A stretch of 64,000 bases of DNA from Eledone cirrhosa (lineage: Eukaryota), in assembly GCA_964016885.1 (NCBI GenBank), contig CAXHJY010000109.1, forward strand, positions 237,713 through 301,712, read 5' to 3'. Both the position numbers and the translations under genes were made by a program. Shown piece by piece: positions 57,079-64,000 of the stretch. The notes under the pieces were generated by a model. That model saw only the letters and a list, made by a program, of their open reading frames with translations. It searched no databases and was not told where the DNA came from. Each line of letters opens with the position of its first letter. The first letter of the stretch is position 1.

Positions 57079-57996
57079 ATGTATACGTACATACATATAT
57101 GTATACAGACGTACAGTAGTATGTATATATATTACCGTGTAGGCAACACGGTAAAAACCTCCCAGACCCACACTGTAAATGTGGTTGGTGTTAGGAAGGG
57201 CATCCAACTGTAGAAAACCTGCCAGACAGTCCTATGCGAGCAAGACAATCACTCTTGCCTCAAGTGGGACTACCCCCGTCCAAACCCATGCAAGCGTGGA
57301 ACACGGACGTTAAACGTTGATGATGATGATGATGATGATGATATATACATACATGCACACATATATACATGTACGTATGGATTCACTGAACATTTATTAT
57401 AATGCTTGGTGTGTTTGTAAACAAACATCCTGAATTAAGCCGTACAGTGTCTAGCAACCATCGTTGCTCATTTGTTCAACACTGACAAAGGAACGCTGTA
57501 CTAGTTTCAAGCTTATTAGCTATCGTCAGCAACGTATACCTTCCTGCCAGATGGTTGAACGTCTGAAAGTATATACTTTCCTTATGCATATTAACGGCTG
57601 AGCAGCCTAATTTGCATATCGAGTGAGTTAATCGGCCGGGGTACCGAAAACGATAAACGGAAAAAATGAAACAAAATTTCATTTGTCACTCTTAGTACGG
57701 CTGTTACTTAAATATAAGTATGTATACGTACATACATATATGTATACAGACGTACAGTAGTATGTATATATATATATATATATATACATGCACACATATA
57801 TACATGTACGTATGGATTCACCGAACATTTATTATAATGCTCGGTGTATTTGTAAACAAACATCCCGAATTAAGCCGTACAGTGTCTAGCAACCATCGTT
57901 GCTCATTTGTTCAACACTGACAAAGGAACGCTAATAAGCTTGAAACTAGTACAGCGTTCCTTTGTCAGTGTTGAATAAATGAGTGGCGATGGTTGT
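57076..57996 (-). mobile_element. Non-autonomous hammerhead-containing element: partial tandem (435-bp period) plus terminal inverted segment
   Basis: 57351-57497 repeats at 57786-57932 (offset 435), and 57076-57130 repeats at about 57716-57770. 57930-57996 is an inverted copy of about 57455-57520. A SINE 3' fragment (57135-57342) interrupts the left copy. Confidence 0.65.
57493..57535 (-). ncRNA. Minimal type I hammerhead ribozyme motif
   Basis: Minus strand reads ACGTTG-CTGACGA-TAGCT AATA AGCTT-GAA-ACTAGT-A^CAGCGT. This gives a 6-bp stem I (one G-U), a 4-bp stem II after a U.U, palindromic ACTAGT stem III and a GUA triplet. Confidence 0.75.
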
Positions 57997-58979
57997 ACCA
58001 CCTTTCCTTAAATCTATTAGCAGTTGTACCAATATATCTATAAAACACATTACTTGTTTTTACTTTGCATTCATAAACAATATTATCCTCAAAACAGTTA
58101 TTATTCATTGGACAAATATTACTGTTTCTACTGTTGCAGTTATTTATGTTACCACTAGTATTTCCCTCTCTGTGTCGGTAAGTTTATCTCATCTATGTTA
58201 ATGGTGTTATCCCTGTTATTCGTTAGACAAGTAACGCTGTCTTTCTTGTTTAATATTATAATAAAACTCCAGATAAACATAAACTGTTGAGTGCTTGACA
58301 TCAGTTATGAAAAGGTCGGCAGATTTTCAATGAACCAACTTTCTTTAAGTGAATAAATAAATAAATATATATATGTATGTATGTGTGTGTGAAAATTAAA
58401 ATTTCAAATTCTTTATCAGAAAAATGTTTAAACACACACACATACACATGCAGAAATATATAAAAATATACATATACAATATAAAAAGCTAATTTTTACT
58501 TTCAATTGATAAAAAGCACTCAATATATTTTTCCTGTGTCAAACAACAAAAGAATGCAAATCAGTAAAGATACAGTTTGTCCCTGACACATATTTTACTC
58601 CAGTTTTGCACTTAACTGCAATTAATTCATATTTCTAACATCCAGAAAAACCCTCACACTTATCTCCTTCTCTTTCTCCGTCTCTTTCTCCTCCTTTTCT
58701 TTCTTTTCTTTCTCTTCTTTTTCTTCTTTCTCCTATTTCTCTTTCTCTCCTTTTTAAAGTCTTTTTTTATTGTTCAATATTTTTAACATTATCATTTTTC
58801 TTTGAAAAAGCTTTTTAGAAATACTTTCAAAAAATTATTATTATTATTATTATTATTATTATCATTATTATCATTGTTATTTGTTGTTGTTTAATTATAT
58901 TTTTCAATAATTCATTCTTCCCCCCTCTCCACCCACTCTCCCTTTGCACTCCTCTTGACCTCTTGTGTCTCACATTTCT

Positions 58980-60537
58980 CTCTCTCTCTCTCTATCTCTT
59001 TCTCTCTTTCCTATCTCCCTTATCCTCTCTTTCCCTCTATCTCTTTCTCTCTTTCCTATCTCCCTTATCCTCTCTCTCCCTCTATCTCTTTCTCTCTTTC
59101 CTATCTCCCTTATCCTCTCTCTCTCTCTATCTCTTTCTCTCTTTCCTATCTCCCTTATCCTCTCTCTCCCTCTATCTCTTTCTCTCTTTCCTATCTCCCT
59201 TATCCTCTCTCTCCCTCTATCTCTTTCTCTCTTTCCTATCTCCCTTATCCTCTCTCTCCCTCTATCTCTTTCTCTCTTTCCTATCTCCCTTATCCTCTCT
59301 CTCTCTCTATCTCTTTCTCTCTTTCCTATCTCCCTTATCCTCTCTCTCTCTCTCTATCTCTTTCTCTCTTTCCTATCTCCCTTATCCTCTCTCTCTCTCT
59401 ATCTCTTTCTCTCTTTCCTATCTCCCTTATCCTCTCTCTCCCTCTATCTCTTTCTCTCTTTCCTATCTCCCTTATCCTCTCTCTCTCTCTATCTCTTTCT
59501 CTCTTTCCTATCTCCCTTATCCTCTCTCTCTCTCTCTATCTCTTTCTCTCTTTCCTATCTCCCTTATCCTCTCTCTCTCTCTCTATCTCTTTCTCCTATC
59601 TCCCTTATCCTCTCTCTCCCTCTATCTCTTTCTCTCTTTCCTATCTCCCTTATCCTCTCTCTCCCTCTATCTCTTTCTCTCTTTCCTATCTCCCTTATCC
59701 TCTCTCTCTCTCTATCTCTTTCTCTCTTTCCTATCTCCCTTATCCTCTCTCTCCCTCTATCTCTTTCTCTCTTTCCTATCTCCCTTATCCTCTCTCTCCC
59801 TCTATCTCTTTCTCTCTTTCCTATCTCCCTTATCCTCTCTCTCCCTATATCTCTTTCTCTCTTTCCTATCTCCCTTATCCTCTCTCTCTCTCTATCTCTT
59901 TCTCTCTTTCCTATCTCCCTTATCCTCTCTCTCCCTCTATCTCTTTCTCTCTTTCCTATCTCCCTTATCCTCTCTCTCCCTCTATCTCTTTCTCTCTTTC
60001 CTATCTCCCTTATCCTCTCTCTCTCTCTATCTCTTTCTCTCTTTCCTATCTCCCTTATCCTCTCTCTCTCTCTATCCCTTTCTCTCTTTCCTATCTCCCT
60101 TATCCTCTCTCTCCCTCTATCTCTTTCTCTCTTTCCTATCTCCCTTATCCTCTCTCTCTCTCTATCTCTTTCTCTCTTTCCTATCTCCCTTATCCTCTCT
60201 CTCTCTCTCTATCTCTTTCTCTCTTTCCTATCTCCCTTATCCTCTCTCTCTCTCTATCTCTTTCTCTCTTTCCTATCTCCCTTATCCTCTCTATCTCTTT
60301 CTCTCTCTCCTATCTCCCTTATCCTCTCTCTCTCTCTATCTCTTTCTCTCTTTCCTATCTCCCTTATCCTCTCTCTCTCTCTCTTAACCTCTCTCCTTCT
60401 ACCTCTATTTCTTTCTCTCTTATCCTCTCTCCTTCTACCTCTATTTCTTTCTCTCTTATCCTCTCTCCTTCTACCTCTATTTCTTTCTCTCTTATCCTCT
60501 CTCCTTCTACCTCTATTTCTTTCTCTCTTATCCTCTC
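58980..60537. repeat. 45-bp polypyrimidine minisatellite followed by a 39-bp x4 repeat
   Basis: CTATCTCTTTCTCTCTTTCCTATCTCCCTTATCCTCTCTCTCCCT, about 30 copies; essentially no G on the + strand. Confidence 0.9.
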
Positions 60538-61133
60538 TGCCGCCTATCTCTCTCTCTCTCTCTCTCTCCAGCAACACTACTACGAATGTCACTACCAAGT
60601 CCATCACCAACACCACTACTACCACCACATCGATAATATCACCACTACCACCACTATCACCACCATCACTACTATCATCACCACCATCACCACTAACATC
60701 ACCACCACCACTGCCTCCACCACCACCATATCAGCCAACGGAACTTGCTAATTCTACCCCCTTTGAGTGTGCATGTGTGTATATTTATGTGCATATGCTT
60801 GTATATGTGTGTGTGCTTATGAACATCAGATCACCATACACACACACACACACCACATATGGTATAACATATATACATACACCTGTGTGTATATATGTTA
60901 TACCATACACTAATATAACATATCTCCATCAATCTTTCCTTTCTCCCTTCTTCTTACTCCTGGGGTTTTCAAGGTCCAATAACTCAGTTCTGCTGCCATA
61001 AATTTTGAAGCGGGTAACAACAGATATTTCCCCCTGGATATGATAACAGTCTCTCACTAGTGACATTCTCTAAAGGACTAATATATGAAATGATAACATT
61101 CTTTCTCAACTAAAACTAGTGTTCCAGGTTTAA

Positions 61134-61341
61134 CCCTTTATCATTCACATTACTCTATATATACTATTATATTTTCATGGTAAAGGCTTTACCTCACATA
61201 ATTATCTCACATAATATCGAATCTGAGATTTTGAAAGTATTTATTTTGAGAACAATACCTTAAAATCAGTTTGAGTGACCAGTTACAGCCAGTTTCAACA
61301 GAAAGAGGTAGAGAATTCTGGCCGGTTTGGACATTAAAGGG
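61134..61341. mobile_element. piggyBac-like MITE with TTAA target duplication
   Basis: TTAA|CCCTTTA...TAAAGGG|TTAA. Homologues at 35875-36369 and, inverted, at about 29194-29398. Confidence 0.75.
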
Positions 61342-61411
61342 TTAAGGCAGCTGTAGTTTGCAGTGTATACATATAGAGAATGTGACAATAAGGAGTCAGA
61401 TTTGCAGCGTG

Positions 61412-61450
<39 letters not shown>

Positions 61451-61612
61451 TGGCAATAAGGAGTCAGATTTGCAGCTTGTTATGAGACTTTATTGTATAT
61501 TACAACTGTAAAAATAGTCAAAACCCAACGGCTGAGCTCTCGCCATTTCAACAGGTCGATATATATATATATATATATATATTTATGTGTGTGTGTATAC
61601 ATATATATATAT

Positions 61613-62003
61613 GGAGGCACATGGCTTAGTGGTTAGAGCATTGGGCTTGCAATCGAAAGGTTGCGGGTTCAATTCTCGGACCGGGTGATGTGTTGTTTCC
61701 TTGAGCAAGATACTTTATTTCACGTTCCTTCAGTTTACTCAGCTGTAGAAATGAGATGATAGGACTGGGGTCCCTATCATTCCACTGCAGAGTGGACAGG
61801 GAGGTGCCACAAGCAAAAAAAAAAGCACCCAGCCCACAATGTAAATGAGGTTGGTGTTAGGAAGGGCATCCAGCTGTAGAAATCGGGCTAGAATCAGTTC
61901 CCAAGACAAGGTCAGCTGACCGGACACTGCCCACACCAGGACAACCCGCCTTCTAAACTCATGCTAGCGTGGAAGATAGACATTAAACGATGATGATGAT
62001 GAT
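61613..62003 (+). mobile_element. Full-length tRNA-derived SINE (family A: CORE-like centre, RTE-type tail)
   Basis: A box TGGCTTAGTGG, B box GGTTCAATTC, CCTTGAGCAAGATACTT central motif and (GAT)n tail. Confidence 0.85.
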
Positions 62004-62120
62004 ATTAATATATATATATGAGTGTGTGTGTTAAGTATTTCCGTAGAAATGGTAAAGGAAAAATGGGTGCTCTATGTATTGTACAGAGCTATTTAGTTAC
62101 TTAATAAACAACACACTATA

Positions 62121-62192
62121 ATTCCATTACCAAAGGTTTCAGGAAACTAGACGATTCCAACAGAAACGACCAGCTCGTTCATCAGATGAAAT
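62121..62192 (-). ncRNA. Type I hammerhead ribozyme motif with long stem II
   Basis: Minus strand reads ATTTCAT-CTGATGA-[38-nt imperfect hairpin]-GAA-ACC TTT GGT-A^ATGGAAT. This gives a 7-bp stem I (one G-U), a 3-bp stem III and a GUA triplet. It overlaps the inverted arms 62102-62146 / 62198-62244. Confidence 0.7.
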
Positions 62193-62243
62193 AGTTATTT
62201 CTTGAAACCTTTAGTAATGGAATAATTATATTGTGTTGTTTAT

Positions 62244-62287
<44 letters not shown>

Positions 62288-62291
<4 letters not shown>

Positions 62292-62505
62292 AGCTAACCG
62301 ACATCCAGAGTTGACATTGCACTCAGTGCTCCTGTGGGAGCCCCTACATGGACACACTAGAAGAGGAAGACCAAGGTTAACGTATGTTGATGCCCTAAGG
62401 ACAGACACTGGTCTGTTGGAGACGCAGGACATGGCAGCGATAATGAGGGACAGAGACCGCTGGAGAGAACTCGTCCATGGATCTCGGGAATTTTACCCGC
62501 CTTAG
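62288..62505 (+). mobile_element. RTE/RTEX-type LINE 3' fragment
   Basis: VLLWEPLHGHTRRGRPRLTYVDALRTDTG...MRDRDRWRELV. Confidence 0.75.
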
Positions 62506-62797
62506 AATATATATATATATATATATATATATTTCACAATAATAATTGTTTCTACTTTTGGCACAAGGCCAGCAATTTACCAATACATTACTGGTACTTT
62601 ATTTTATCGACGCCGTAAGGATGAAAGGCAAAGTTGACCTCGGCGGGATTTGATCTCAGAATGGAAAGGGCCGTAATTCTATGCGTATTTCACAATAATA
62701 ACAAACAAAAGACAGTTACTTTAGTCCATATCGCTATATATATATATATATCACTACATATATATATATCTATATTTCTGTCTCTCTCTACTTACAG

Positions 62798-62877
62798 ATG
62801 CTACGAAAAAACACACCTGATAACCTATCATATGAGAATGAGTTTAGAACTATGGAGCTTTGGGGACCTTGAATCTG
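62798..62877 (+). other. Candidate 80-bp exon (unverified)
   Basis: TTTCTGTCTCTCTCTACTTACAG acceptor and CTG|GTAAGG donor around non-repetitive sequence. Confidence 0.3.
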
Positions 62878-63225
62878 GTAAGGGTTGCTGTCATTTTATC
62901 TCCCATTCTTCCCTCTCTTTATATACATATGTGCACTGGAGCTAATGGTATCGACCTTAAAGCACAGACACAATGAAGACTTCTAGCAGTTGACTGATGA
63001 CAAGGGACCGTACTGTACTTTGTTCAATTTCCCATTTCCTTCGCTCACTGTTTTTTATTCTTTGTATGATATTAGCCATACAGGACACTATTTCAAATAC
63101 ACACACACACACACATACATATATATATCACAAATTTCACAAGGAAGTCATTATTAAGAGATTGTCAACATAGCTTTAGTTTAATGTAAGGAATGTAGAG
63201 AATAATAATAATATTAATAATGTCC

Positions 63226-63348
63226 GTTTACAATTGTTTCGCTACTCCATATAATGTTTCTGGATGGATCAAATGATTATAGATCATTATTGATCTGGTT
63301 CAGTTGAAGATAATTAACTTAGGTAAAATTGGAGCAGCTCATCGGAAC
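63226..63348 (-). ncRNA. Variant hammerhead motif (CCGAUGA core) with an 80-nt loop II
   Basis: Minus strand reads GTT-CCGATGA-GCTGCTCCA-[80 nt]-TGGAGTAGC-GAA-ACAATTGT-A^AAC. This gives a 9-bp stem II, palindromic stem III and only a 3-bp stem I. It lies between inverted arms 63129-63210 / 63481-63562. Confidence 0.55.
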
Positions 63349-63771
63349 TTCAAAAAGGAATATAAATGAAAATAAAGAAAGAATGTTACATGAATGTAAT
63401 GTTCCATATATTGGTATTTCACTATGGTGTCTTGGGTATATCTATTGTCTGCCATAGGCGAGCAATATTCTTCTTCTTATTATTATTATTCTCTACATTC
63501 CTTACATTAAACTAAAACTAAGTTGACAATCTTTTAATAATGTCTTCCTTGTGAAATTTGTGGTCTTGTTTTGCTTAACTAATGAATATTTCCAGCTCTG
63601 TGCACTAACCTCTGCATGAACCCAGCCACCTAGCTGCATATTGCACATTGAGCACATGCCTTTACGCTTTGACTTCTAACTAATTCACCAATCTCTCTTC
63701 TCCTCTCCTATCTCCATCTCTCTCTTTAAGAATGGTTACTCTTGAACTGTGTGTATATATATATTTTTTTT

Positions 63772-64000
63772 TCATCATCATCATTTTACGTTTGCTTTTC
63801 CCTGCTTGCAACGGTAGAACGGGCACTGATTCTGGCTTGATTTCTACAGCTGGATGCCCTTCCTAACACCAACCTCATTTACAGTGAGTGCTGGGTGCTT
63901 TTTTTTCCGTGGCGCCAACACGTCCACTTTACAGTGTGGGCTGGGTCCTTTTTTGCCGTGACACCTCCACGACCACTTTGCAGTGGAATGATAGGGACCC
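63772..64000 (-). mobile_element. SINE family A, cut by the window end
   Basis: Matches 37122-37300, with one extra internal unit. Confidence 0.8.

Noticed and set aside
58955-61001. 474-678-aa Leu/Ser ORFs
   Set aside because: The G-free minisatellite lacks stops in all three + frames.
61613-61690. tRNA gene
   Set aside because: tRNA-like head fused to SINE body and tail, present in several diverged copies.

Overview
Eukaryotic, very repeat-rich DNA. The microsatellite load and SINE families suggest a coleoid cephalopod such as Octopus (inference). Only one protein-coding exon is well supported: a LIM-domain exon at 17332-17569 (+) resembling the second LIM domain of LMO4. No first-LIM exon is visible in the 17 kb upstream. 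Almost all long ORFs in the track are translations of micro- and minisatellites. The rest is two abundant tRNA-derived SINE families, RTE and CRE LINE fragments, TA- and TTAA-type MITEs, a probable Helentron-type element and many minisatellites, several of which visibly grew inside transposons. The most notable signal is a dense, multi-family set of type I hammerhead-ribozyme motifs (CUGANGA...GAAA...UH with pairable stems I-III). There are four near-intact loci (8.2-8.5, 57.5, 62.1 and 63.2 kb) and several decayed or half copies. Most sit in fold-back inverted repeats, the architecture expected of Penelope-like or retrozyme elements. At 57.5-57.9 kb a 435-bp unit ends one base from the predicted cleavage site. 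All structures were paired by eye; none is experimentally or computationally validated.
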